Shown: positions 52,557-64,000 of the stretch, one piece after another
Numbering within the stretch: the stretch's first letter is position 1
Layout: every line of letters begins with the position of its first letter
Made by a program: the position numbers and the translations under genes
From: Octopus sinensis
Lineage: Eukaryota
Assembly: GCF_006345805.1 (NCBI RefSeq)
Contig: NC_043007.1
Span: 60,140,001-60,204,000, forward strand
Direction of reading: 5' to 3'
DNA: 64,000 nt
The notes under the pieces: model-generated
Told to the model about the DNA's origin: nothing
What the model saw: only the letters and a program-made list of their open reading frames with translations
Databases searched by the model: none

Positions 52557-53672
52557 GTATTAGTTTGAATGTAAGCAATGGCTCTTAATTTATTAGCAGC
52601 ATTTTCTTAAACCCTTATTTTAATTTTTTTTTTTATTTGTTCACTTATGTTGAAGCATAAATTAAGAACTAGCAGCAGTGTCAGGCCTTACCCAAGTTAA
52701 AGGGAAAAGTTAGATAATCTTTGACCTCTCCTTGAAAAATGTATCTCCATACAACATTTTTGGTACCTAGATATACAAAAATGTGACTTACAACTTGAAA
52801 CATACTAAATGTAACCCTATATTATCTTGTAACTTTGAAATTTCTATGATCTGATTGTTTACTTTTTGAACAACATTGTAGGGTAGGTGTGAGCAGCTGG
52901 ATCTGCCTAATATAAATATAAAATGAGTAGAATATTTTCACTGGATATTGCCACTTTAAATGCTAAAGGGTTTAATTCAAGTAAATTTGTCTGTTTCAAA
53001 AGTTTGAATCTATTATGCCATAAAGGTATTATGAATAAGCTATGATCATTACGTGGCAACTGTTTGTGTATACTGACTGCTTTTGTTTAAATCTTGTTTA
53101 AGATGCTGCAAAGTGAAAATTTAAGATAAGTATACTTTGCAAATGAACTTAACGAACTGAACTAGGAGAACTCTACATCCAACTTTTGGGTTTCCATTGA
53201 TCAATGAGATAAAAACTTGCTTGAAATTAGTTGCTGGTGAAATAGCTACCTGCCTCAAGATCAACCCTCATCCTGTACTCAGTGTCTTGTCAAGCATCAC
53301 CAAAAGCAGTCTGATTTGAAGAGAAGCAAATATTCTGTTCCTTTTATCACAGACCAAATATAAAAGTTACTTAGACCAAACTAGCATATAATTGGTTTAG
53401 TACTTAAATATAAACATATAACTTTCTATTTTTTCTTTATATTACTATATCTTAATCTAGTTGGGATTTTTTTTCATTTCGTTTTGTTTTAGAAGAATTT
53501 TACACAAAACATACAAATATCTGTATGTTACACTTGCTGGTATATAAGGCACATAAACATTCACTTCTATGTATTAAGATGATATATAAAAAAATACATA
53601 ATAGCATATAAACATGCATTTATTAACATTTAAATTAGGTTTATCTCCCTTTCACTTTGTGTTCTTTTTAAG

Positions 53673-53705
53673 TCTAAAGCTGAAAGACAAAATGCAACAT
53701 TTAAG
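53673..53705 (+). CDS. Candidate exon, 33 nt (phase 0-0, SKAERQNATFK)
   Basis: Long pyrimidine tract ttatctccctttcactttgtgttctttttaag| and donor taag|gttaat. Confidence 0.3.
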
Positions 53706-53959
53706 GTTAATGACAGTTGTTTTCTGATAAATTTGGTGAATGTCTAAATCAGTAAATGACTGATGATCTATTCACTTCTTTTAGTGTTACTAATTTATTC
53801 TCTCTTCATTTTTATGTTCTGACATATCTTTGATATTCTAGTGTTGGTGTTTACATACATGATAGTTGTTTTCTAATGGCAGTATGAATTACAATGACTA
53901 GTTAAGGTTCTTGAAACCAGAAAAAGAAACATACCAAGAAATCCTTATTGGGTCATTAA

Positions 53960-54158
53960 CCTGCTCAAACAGGCCCCTGGTTTTGTAATGCAAACTTCCT
54001 CTTTTAAAGATAACTAATTATAACCTTAAGAATTTCATGTAAATTTAGGCCCCAAGCACTAGCTTAACAATGGCCTAGCTATTTTACTAAATTCTTTATT
54101 TTCAAAAATAAACGATACAAAGCCAATGAATTTCAATAGAAATATGGCAACAAAATGG
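53960..54158. mobile_element. piggyBac-type MITE family P2 (decayed)
   Basis: TTAA on both sides; the interior aligns with 56616-56834 (ctattttactaaattcttt). Confidence 0.7.
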
Positions 54159-54708
54159 TTAATATATATAATTTTTAAGGATATTAAAAGTGAGTTAACA
54201 TGGCATAGCCCATTCCTTACATCCAGTATTCACAACTGAAGTGAAATGATTCAACTGAAAATCAAAACTCTCTACTACTTTAGTCTATCTAGGTGCTACT
54301 GTCATTTTAGCGATTAAGAAGAGCCTTGAGCAACTATCTCAATTTGTAAGCCTATCAAACAAAAGTTAACATACATGTTGAGAAAACAAAGTACGTATTT
54401 TACTATATAGTAAAACAACGTTTCTACAATTGTAACTTGTTGGGAATTTGCTGTTAAAGTTACAGCTTTTAACTAAATACTTTTGTGTATCTTTGATGAA
54501 ATTTATCTAGATTCCAGTTTCAAATTCAGTTGATATCTACCTCACCAGAAATAAATTCAAAATTGATGGAAATATCATCATCACCACTAATAATTTAATC
54601 ATAGTTATATCATAAGGTTAATAACAAAGCAAGGGAACTTATGTTACCACTACCAAACACATTTTGAACATGTTTACTCTTTCAATTTATACCACTTTAT
54701 TTTCCTAG

Positions 54709-54855
54709 TGATTTCATATATAGATGCAAGGTTATATAGAGGAGACCAAACAAATTTGCTTGTTGTTTCCAAAGATATTAGTAATGGAAATGACTACAAC
54801 CAGGAATCTAAAATCAGCTGCACTCAGCTTACTGAACATGTTTATGAGATTCTCT
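54709..54855 (+). CDS. Candidate exon (phase 1, ISYIDARLYRGDQTNLLVVSKDISNGNDYNQESKISCTQLTEH...), 3' end uncertain
   Basis: Acceptor actttattttcctag| and an open frame of at least 49 codons. The donor is weak (ctct|gtttgt or cat|gtttat). Confidence 0.3.
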
Positions 54856-55040
54856 GTTTGTTTATTTTAAAATATAATAATATTCTGCTAAGTTCTATAA
54901 TGAGTTGATTTCATATCAGCTACATTTTGTTTGAGGTTTGCTTTGGCAATTTTTTTGAGTGTTTTTTTTTATTTAGTGTAAACATAAAACTTAATGAAAT
55001 TCTAAAATCTAACCTTTTGATCTATTCTTAAGTATTTTAA

Positions 55041-55247
55041 CCCTTTTGTTGTCATTTTTCTGCCTTTGATTCAGTTAATTTTGAAAATAACGAAGAATTT
55101 AATAAAATAACTTTGCCTTTATTAAAATTGTGTTTGAAACACAAATTAGCATGAAATTTAATGGAAAGTTTTAATTTAGATTATTTTAAACAGGAAGTTT
55201 GTTTCATAGAACCAGGAGCAATTTCAGGCAGGTTGATATCAAAAGGG
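55041..55247. mobile_element. piggyBac-type MITE family P2, opposite orientation
   Basis: TTAA|CCCTTTTGTT ... ATCAAAAGGG. Confidence 0.75.
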
Positions 55248-56406
55248 TCAGATAAAAAGTTAAGCAAACTGAAGTTCCCTTTGAGAAAATATATAGCAAG
55301 AACAATGATAAACAGAGTGTTGTAGTGGGTGCCATGACACAATTGCTATAAGAGTCAATACTATAAGGAAAGAAATTAAATGTAATTTGGTATCTTAATT
55401 AAAATTCCAATCTCAGATGTATTACCTCCATTATAATTTCTTATTCCATATCAATTAACTCAGTAATTTAAAGAATTAGCAACATCCAAAATTATGTTTA
55501 TAGCCAAATCATCTGAAATAATGTTTACAACTTTTCACCATTACTTAAACTTCAATTAACTGTCATGATATTTACAGCTGCTGTACATTTGAGGCTAAAC
55601 TTATGGAATAAAGCTCTTGTGTTTTTATCAATGCATTTATAGGGTTAGAATTGGGTTTCATGCCTTCTCCAAAGCATGAGCAATGAGAGAAATATTTGTG
55701 AAAGAACAATATAAATATTATTGAGGCATTGTTTTATAGCTGAATGTCCTTCCTGATGCTAGCTCTTATCTGTTTTTCAAGTAAGGGATTGCTTATTCCA
55801 CAAAGACAATTTATTGATGGAGAAATGAAATTCATCACTGCTTGCAGTTTAGCTATTTTCAGAAAAGTACAAATGTAAACAGGCACACACACACCACAAT
55901 GAGCTTCTTTCAGTTTCTGTCTACCATATCCACTCACAAGGCTTTAAATTGCCTAGGACTAGGGTTATATAGTAGAGAACACCTGTGATCATGTACAGTG
56001 AGATTGAACTGGAAACACATAGTAAGAAAGGGAACCTGTTAACCAGAGATGGCCATGCCATGAATGTGTACATACATACATACATGCATGCATGCATATA
56101 GATAGATAGCATTGCTGGATTGTAGGTAAGGTAATCAGTATTACAGCTGCATACTTTTATTTGATCTTCCTATCATTTGCACAAGGATTGGATTCCTTTT
56201 TATTTTTTAATCAATTGACATGGTCATGTTGTCTCTCTTCTATTGTAGTTTATCCTAAGGCAGACTAATTGATAATTAAATCTTTCACATAACATTTGGG
56301 ATTGTCTATTCAGTGTTTGTTGTCTCACAAACTCTGTTTGACAGCTCCCTTACTAGACTCTGAAATGGTAACTGACAAGAACAGTTACTGGATATCAACT
56401 AGTTAA

Positions 56407-56834
56407 CCCTTTAGCATTTAAACCAGCCATATCCATACCTGTTTTATGTTCAAACTGGCTAGATCTTGTTTCTCACACTAACCCTACAATTTCATTCTAA
56501 AGCTTAAGTTACCTCATCAAAATCTTAAAGCTGCAAGATGATGCATAATTAATTCAAAACATGCGAATAAACAAGCTTTACTTTTGACAGAATAATATGA
56601 ATGCTAAAGAGTTAACCCTTTCGTTACCAACTTGGCTGAAACCGCCACTGGCTTTGTAGTACAAATGTCTTGTTTTCATAAGTTTTGAATTAAAATCTTC
56701 TACCAAACCTTAGTCACAATTTATGTTCCTAACACTTGTTGAATGATAACTAAGTTATTTTACTAAATTCTTTGTTATATTCAAAGTAATTGAAAGAAAC
56801 ACAGCATCTCAAAATAAATACAGTAACAAAAGGG
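56407..56834. mobile_element. Two piggyBac-type MITEs in tandem: P1 56407-56611 and P2 56616-56834
   Basis: TTAA at 56403, 56612 and 56835. P1 ends are CCCTTTAGCATT/AATGCTAAAGAG and P2 ends are CCCTTTCGTTAC/GTAACAAAAGGG. Confidence 0.88.
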
Positions 56835-58114
56835 TTAAAGAACTGAATAAGTATTTCATTTCTTTCTGGTATTTCACTAATCCCTGAATGGTAAATGTGT
56901 ATTTACATCCTTTCAAACAGTGTTTTCTACAGATATTTAAAGAACAGTTGATTGTGAAGGTCTGTTGAAAGTGGGGCTTCTGCTTTTGTGATGCTTCAGT
57001 GGAATTACCACTTGTCAAAGATACTACTATGAGTATCAGTCATAAAGAAAAGATCTTGCTATGAAATTTGATATAATTCATTAATATACACACAGGATCT
57101 GAAATAATTACAGACTTAATTGTTTAGATGTGCAGTCAAATCTTGGTTATCTGAATTTCAGATTGTCAAAACAGAATCTCAATGTTGTATGAATATTTAA
57201 TTAGCCATAGTGTTTGTTATCTGAATTCATGAATAATAGTGGTGCTATACTATCATTTTGTCCTTTATTTACAATGATTAAGAGTGAATTCAGAATATTG
57301 AAGAATATCAAAAAAGTTTTTCTAACATTGGTCTTTTGGTTAGAATTACAATAGTACCATGTACCAGTCAGTTTGCTGGTATGATCTGGGTTGAAATAAT
57401 TTTTATCTAACATACTGAAGAATTTAAAAGCATAGCAAAATCAGCAGTATTTTTATTCACTCTGCAATTTTGTTCCAAGTTTTTGTTAGAAGCCTTCCAG
57501 TTTGTTGCTGTTACCATGTGCATGAACACCATTAATAATCAGACTGAAAAGGAAGATTTTACAGCATCTAGATTGTGGTGAAAGGCATCAAAAATTACAG
57601 CTTATAACAGTTTAGCAATTAAATGACATAAAACTCTACAGGCAGTTTTTTTTCTTCTTTTTTTACTTAATGTTCAAATGGCTTCCTCTGTTTATGATCA
57701 GATTGGTTATCTGAACAAAATATTCCCTGTCCATCTGGTTAAGATAATTGAGGTCTAACTATAAAAGTGTTAGCATGTAAGCTGGTATTTGTTTGGCTTA
57801 TAACAATGATTACATGAAGGCTTCAATAAAAGTGTTGTAGTTATAATTCTTATGTTTTATTAACCTTCACATTGAGTATCTGTGCAAAACATATGGTTTG
57901 GAATAGTTAAAACACATTGCAAATTGTAAGATTAACAGAAATTACCTACAAAAAGAATAATTTCAGCAAAAAATGAATTCCTGACAGAGTAATAAGAAAA
58001 AGTTTTCTATTTTTAAACAGATTATTTTCTTATGCAGTTTTTGATGTATTGAGATTCCAAGGTTCCACTCTACAATACTTGCAGCAGGGTTTTTATTTGT
58101 TAGCCATGACTTAA

Positions 58115-58326
58115 CCTTTAAGCATTCAGGTTACTCTGTCATATATAATGCTTATTTATTCACATTGTTTTGAATTTATCACATATTATCTTGTAGCTTT
58201 GAGATTTTGATCTTGTGCACTTATTTTTAGAATGACTTGTAGGCTAGGTGTGAGAAGCCAGATCTGGCCACTTTGAACATAAAGATAGAATTTTGAGCCA
58301 GATGTGGCTAGTTTAAATATTAAGAG
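58115..58326. mobile_element. piggyBac-type MITE family P1, reverse orientation
   Basis: TTAA|CCTTTAAGCATT ... AATATTAAGAG|TTAA. Confidence 0.75.
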
Positions 58327-58655
58327 TTAAGTGATTTATTTGACTTTTGATATCAAATTTTAATGAAATAGTGTTTGAAGAATTTCTGATTAAAGGTTGT
58401 TATTTAAAAACCTTACTTTGTATTTTACTTTTATGGTCATAAAAGTACTTGCTTCAGTTGAAATAACTGGGAAATAGTTAGTTCTCTAACTTTACAATCT
58501 ATTGGGTTGTTTTAATTAGTGTAATTAATTATAAAACACTTGCTTCAAGAATGTATGCAGTTGTCTCCAATTGTTTGAATTATGTTTTGAATATGTATTA
58601 GTTAATTCATAAATAATACTCAAGATAAGAAACTCCAATGAACATGACAAATCAT

Positions 58656-60266
58656 GTAGGAAGCTGAACTTTTTTGTCAATGTTTTGAATTTTTTGATAA
58701 ACCGGTTGAAGAATTAGACATCTGGTTTCAGCAACCTTCATGAAAACTTTGGGGCGCGGATAGATTTGTTGAAGGATTAGACATCTGGTCCACTCAACCT
58801 TTATGAAATCAATTTTTCATGACTCATTCAGAAAAGAGATGAAATTATAAAGAGATGGGATAACTTAGACAAAAGTTTCTTAAGGTGTTGCTCTTTTTGT
58901 TTTCATTTATAATCAATTGAAAAGGGGACCAATTTCATATTATCACAAAATTAAAACCAATCAGAATGCTAGAATTAATGAGCTAACACTATGTTAATTT
59001 TTGCAAACTACTTCTTTACAGTGTGACTTACATTTAAAAGCCTCTAAGCCATGGTATTTGGCAAAGTTATTTATCTAGTTTTCAGGGATTAGAGAAAGTT
59101 TCTAAAGCAGTTTTAAAATCTTGTTTTCAGATGGAGTCTTTATCTCTTAGGTTGGTTTATATTTTTAACATTAATTTAGATAGATTTGTAAATTTGTACA
59201 TTGAAACAGGGTTGTTCAAAGTTCAATATCTTCTTTAACACCATAATCCCACAAAGTGATATTAAGTCTATTTTCATGATAGATCATCAATGATTGTCAT
59301 TTTCATAGACACTATACCGTGATTGTATCAGGATTTAAACTTTAACATCTTTACCAGTCAGTCACCATGTCATCCAAATAGGATTTCTTTACTATTTTCA
59401 TTTATTTTAATTACTAAATGGCAGGACATTTCCTCAAAAGGCAACAAATAGTTTCATAATTAAGCAATAGACAGCGTTCATTTTCTGCTGTATCTCTTGT
59501 GTGATGTAAGGTAAACTGTTATTAGTAATGTGTTGGAGCCATCGCTGTATTGTAACAATTCTAAACAAATGTCTTTTGCTTTCCCCCTCAGGGGAGAAAA
59601 GTTAATCTACCTGACTGGTTTCAAATCTCATTTGATTCTCAATAGAGAAAGAATATCATTTGGTATACACACAGAAAGAAATATAATTAATGGTTATATT
59701 CACTAAAGGTAGTAAGTTTACTCAACCAATTACTTCAATTTGCATAAATAGTACTTTGAAGCAATTTATTCCAATTCAGGCAAGGCTGTGTGGTTAAGAA
59801 GCTCTTTGGAACCATACAGTTTTGGGTTCAATCTTACTACGTGGCACTTTGGGCAAGTTTCTTCTACAATAGCTCATAGCCAGTCAATACCTTGTGAGTG
59901 AATTTGGTAGATGGAAACTGTATGGAAGACTGTTGTATGTGTCTCTCTTTGCTCTTGTGGTTACAAAAGATTGAAACTGCTCTATTAGGTCCGACTTCTT
60001 CTGTCCATGGAGAGAAAAATAATCATTTGTATTCTGTAGCTGCAATATTGCAAAAGAATTGTTTGCTTTGCACATGTAACAATTATTTAGTAGGAAGCTG
60101 AACTTTTTTGTCAACGTTTTGAATTTTTTGATAAACCGGTTGAAGAATTAGACATCTGGTTTCAGCAACCTTCATGAAAACTTTAGGGCGCGGATAGATT
60201 TGTTAAAGGATTAGACATCTGGTCCACTCAACCTTTATGAAATCAATTTTTCATGACTCATTCAGA
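58656..60266 (+). repeat. Dispersed 177-bp direct duplication (58656-58832 and 60090-60266)
   Basis: The copies differ at 3 positions by eye, and each has an internal 63-bp period. Confidence 0.95.
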
Positions 60267-63200
60267 CATTTAACCATATAACGAAGTGTTGTCATGAATG
60301 TTATATACTGTAAATGTTTATCATTGATGAATATTTTCCTTCGCATTTATGTTAAACAAATACACTCCTTTCTTGTGAAGGTTGTACTCTTCACATCTGT
60401 TACCATTAAAAAAAATAATTATTGTGTTTGTACCAAATAGTATGTAATTAAAAAATAATCTGGATTCATTTTGCAAATGCAAATGTAAAAAATACATACT
60501 TTATTAATTGAAACTTATTCCAGAAGTACTTATTCTGTTGGCTTTTAGAATACCTAAATACAGTATAATTTGCTTTAGTTTTCTTCTCTCTTTCTTCTTT
60601 TCATGGCCGGTTTACACAGAACAAATCTACAGCCAAATTTTAATTAATACCAGATAATATTTTCTTATATTCTGCTCCAGCATTGGCAAAAAGTTAAGAC
60701 ACCCACCCCACCAACCTTTCCACCGTACTGTTTAATGTCTTGGAAGGAATTTTAAACTTTGTTTTATCAGGACCCTTGGTCAAATAGATATTTCTCCCCC
60801 CCCCCCCTTCTTGTTCTCTCTCATTCACATGTGTGTGCTTATTTTATCAACCTGAAAGGATGAAAGGCAAAATTGACTTTGGCAGAATTTGAACTCAGAA
60901 TGTGAAGACAGACAAAATGCCACCAAGCATTTTGCCCAGTATGCTAACAATTCTGCCAGCTCTCATCACCTTAAAAATATACACACACACGTTCCTGCGA
61001 GTTTACTTCTTGTGTGATATTGCAAAGGCTCCTACTACATCTTTGTGGCATTTACTGTTTTATGAAGCTACAATAATCTCCTCTTAGCACTGCTCAGATG
61101 AACCTGAAAAGTAATTAGAACTGTGTCTGGCAGTAACTACCAAAAGACATCAGTGCTAAAGTTTTTTTGTTTTTATTTCTTCCCACGCATCACAATGATC
61201 CACATAGGACTGGTGCTCAATTTTGACTATTCTAAATTTGGTATATGAGAGATAAATTTATGCCTGTATAAAATGCTAATAATTCAAGATTATTTAGCAT
61301 AAGATGATGATATAATGGAAAGAACAGACTTTTAGTGGGGAAAAATAGATATTTCATGAATTTATTTCATAAACTTATCTCTATTTTTTTTTTTTTTTTA
61401 AGGTATATGTACCAACTGTTTTTGTTCCTATTTTTAATCAGTTGAAAAGAGGACGAATCCAACAGCATTATCACTAAACTGAAACGAAGCAAGATAATAA
61501 TCTTTACTGTAACGACTTGTATCTAAAAGCATCTAAGTTGTTATATTTAGAAATGTAATGGAATATTTAACTAGGCAACATTCTTTGTCTAGGTTAACTG
61601 AGTTAATGTAAAACAAAATGTACCCTGAAACAACAAAATGCATATATATATACACACACATACATATACATACATACACACACACCTTAACATTTCAATT
61701 GCTATCATTTCTGTACTTTTTAGCATAGAGACAATTTTCAGTAACATTTTTATGTGTTAATCTCTTAATGCTTAAGTCTAAGTGGAGGAGGATTTCTCTC
61801 ATTGTCATTCCTGTCATCAGACACAAGAAGAAAAAAAGATTTTTAATTATGCTGGTGGGCATTTGAATTAGAATATGTAATTTTAAAAGATATTTAAAAT
61901 ATGTTAATAATTTTGCTTTTTTTTTTATCATGTGAAGCAGCACATTAAGTATAATCTTTGAATGAATGTATTTGAATGAAAAGTATTGTTTAATATAGTT
62001 TATATGAGTATTTATGACACTATTGTTGTTTAAAGTTGTTTTTCCATGCTGGCCTGGATTGGACAAATGTCTTATAGAGGCATTGTTTTACAACTGGATG
62101 CCTTTCTTGTTGCTAACCTGATTTTCATGTTAGAGATCTCTCACTCCAAGTGGTTTTGAAGGTGTGAAAGGAGCAGATGGTTTGTTGGCAGAAGAACTGT
62201 CAACAGTAACACCACACACATAATCAGTCTCCATATGATTGCAAGTACACACATGCATGCACGTGAACATTTTTCAGTTTCTTTGTACCAAATCCTAGGT
62301 CAGAACAGGGCTATAGTAGAAGACACCACTCATGGTGCCACACAGTGGAACTGAAACTTGAGCACATATTTGGTAAACAAATTTCTTAATCAGAGTTATA
62401 CCTGCACTTTTTTAGCTTCTTCATTTCATACTTTGTTTTTACAAATTAAAAATATATTGGCTCACTCAGTAATAATCAATGTAAAATACTCCAAATTAAT
62501 TTGACAATCTATTATAAATGATGACCAATTTCAGTTCAGTACAGATTAACTTGTTAAAAAAAAAATAAAATACAGTTAATAAAAATAATTCAACAAAGTG
62601 CAACCATGACTTTGGTTAAGAAGTTCACCAAGGACCATGTAGTTCACTGCTGCTACATGGACACTGGTGGCTAGTATTTTCTGCTATAGCCACAGGTTGA
62701 CCAATACCTAGTGGGTGAAATTTGGTCGACAGAAAATAGCTCATCATATATATATATATGACTGTGGCTAATTACCTTTGTCTTAACATGTGTATACTGA
62801 TGATAAACAAAGCATCACAGTTCATACAAACAGTGTTGTTTATTTGCAATCTGTAAGAAAGCATGTCCAAGCTGTTCTTTGTTTCATTAGAGTTGGGGGG
62901 GAAATATTAATTTGTGCCCCAGCATGACCATAATCTGATGACTAAAACAAGTAAAAGATATATATACATATAGATAGATGTTATATTCTATCATAGCATC
63001 ATAAAGGACCAAATATCTACATACTATCAGACCATGTGCCCAGTTAAAAATTCTTATCAGATAGTGAAACAAGATTCAGGAATGATTTCAGAGCTGCAAC
63101 ACTATGGCTTTCAACACATTTTATGATGTTGTTAGCTTATAAAATTAGCTTAGAACTTTGTGCATAAATTTCTAACATATAGTGAATAATTTGTGAAAAT

Positions 63201-64000
63201 TCTGAAGTATAGTGAATAGTTTTCTCTTGTTAGTTTCTATTGAGAATAACTTTTTAAAAATGCATTCTCTTTTGGAAGCTTTTTTTTTTAACAGGAAATA
63301 AGTTTAGAAATAAAAATTTCGGTCTTGAGTACATTAAAGTCTTTTTAATCTTTTTTAATTGATTCACTAGTAGAAGCAAGATAAATTTATCAAACTAATT
63401 TTCTTTTTTCCATCCCCTACACAGTGAAATTTTGATTGGTTGCTTATTTTGTTAGCTATCTTCAATCACAAACTTTTATATTTTCACCCCACTATCTATT
63501 CTCATCAACAGTCTAGACCTAAATTACATTTCATACATATCTAAAATACATTAGATGCTTTTTTCAGTAGACAACTGTGGACATATTTGAACTTGAATTC
63601 CATTATATCTTTTCCACATGATGACTTAATGTCCATCTCAGATAAAATCTGATTTTTTTTTTTTTTTTTTTTTTGCTAAATGAAGTATGAGATCCTTAGA
63701 ACTTTCATTACCATATTTCTGTTGAAATCCATTTCCTTTCTTTCAATTAATTTTTAAAATAATGAAGAATTTTGTAAATTATTTTGTCATTATGAAGCTG
63801 GTATTTCAAACAAATTAATGTGAAATTTTGATGGAAGATTTTAATTTAAATCACTTTAAAGCAAAGTTCAAACTTGATAAAATTGGGCAACATCTTGTTC
63901 TTGAAAGCATAATAAACTCCTGCGTGGTTTAAATTTGAAAACAAAACACTGTGTGCATTCAACTCCAGCTATCTTTAAAACTTGTGCTAACGTCTCTTCA

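Noticed and set aside
58705-58798. CRISPR-like repeat-spacer-repeat (31 + 32 + 31 nt, GTTG...CAAC)
   Set aside because: There are only two units, with 6 mismatches. Similarity continues into the 'spacer' (cttcatgaaaa / ctttatgaaat). No cas genes are present and the context is eukaryotic.
59592-59710. Strong acceptor cttttgctttccccctcag| as a coding exon start
   Set aside because: The acceptor looks real, but frame and donor are ambiguous (GRKVNLPDWFQISFDSQ* versus GEKLIYLTGFK...), so no CDS is called.

Overview
This is AT-rich eukaryotic DNA packed with microsatellites and transposons. The SINE families, the (TA)n/(CA)n density and the CpG pattern point to a cephalopod, most likely Octopus (recognised from repeat content, not verified by search). 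I found no rRNA, tRNA gene, CRISPR array or prokaryotic gene. Bases 1-8.3 kb are a pile-up of an RTE LINE, a Tc1 fragment, a tandem/fold-back duplication, a nearly intact irritans-type mariner, a Tigger-type MITE and a second, decayed mariner. The rest is intron-like DNA with old Tigger, CR1, RTE-X and maT relics, four SINE families and TTAA-flanked piggyBac-type MITEs. CpG is retained at about 1-15 kb and 24-28 kb and strongly depleted at about 15-24 kb and 28-64 kb. This suggests promoters near 11.4 kb and 24-28 kb and a long, methylated + strand gene body. Several short candidate exons lie in that body, and five of them chain in phase, but I could not identify the protein, so the gene model is tentative. 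Nearly all ORFs in the supplied track are microsatellite or antisense-TE artefacts.
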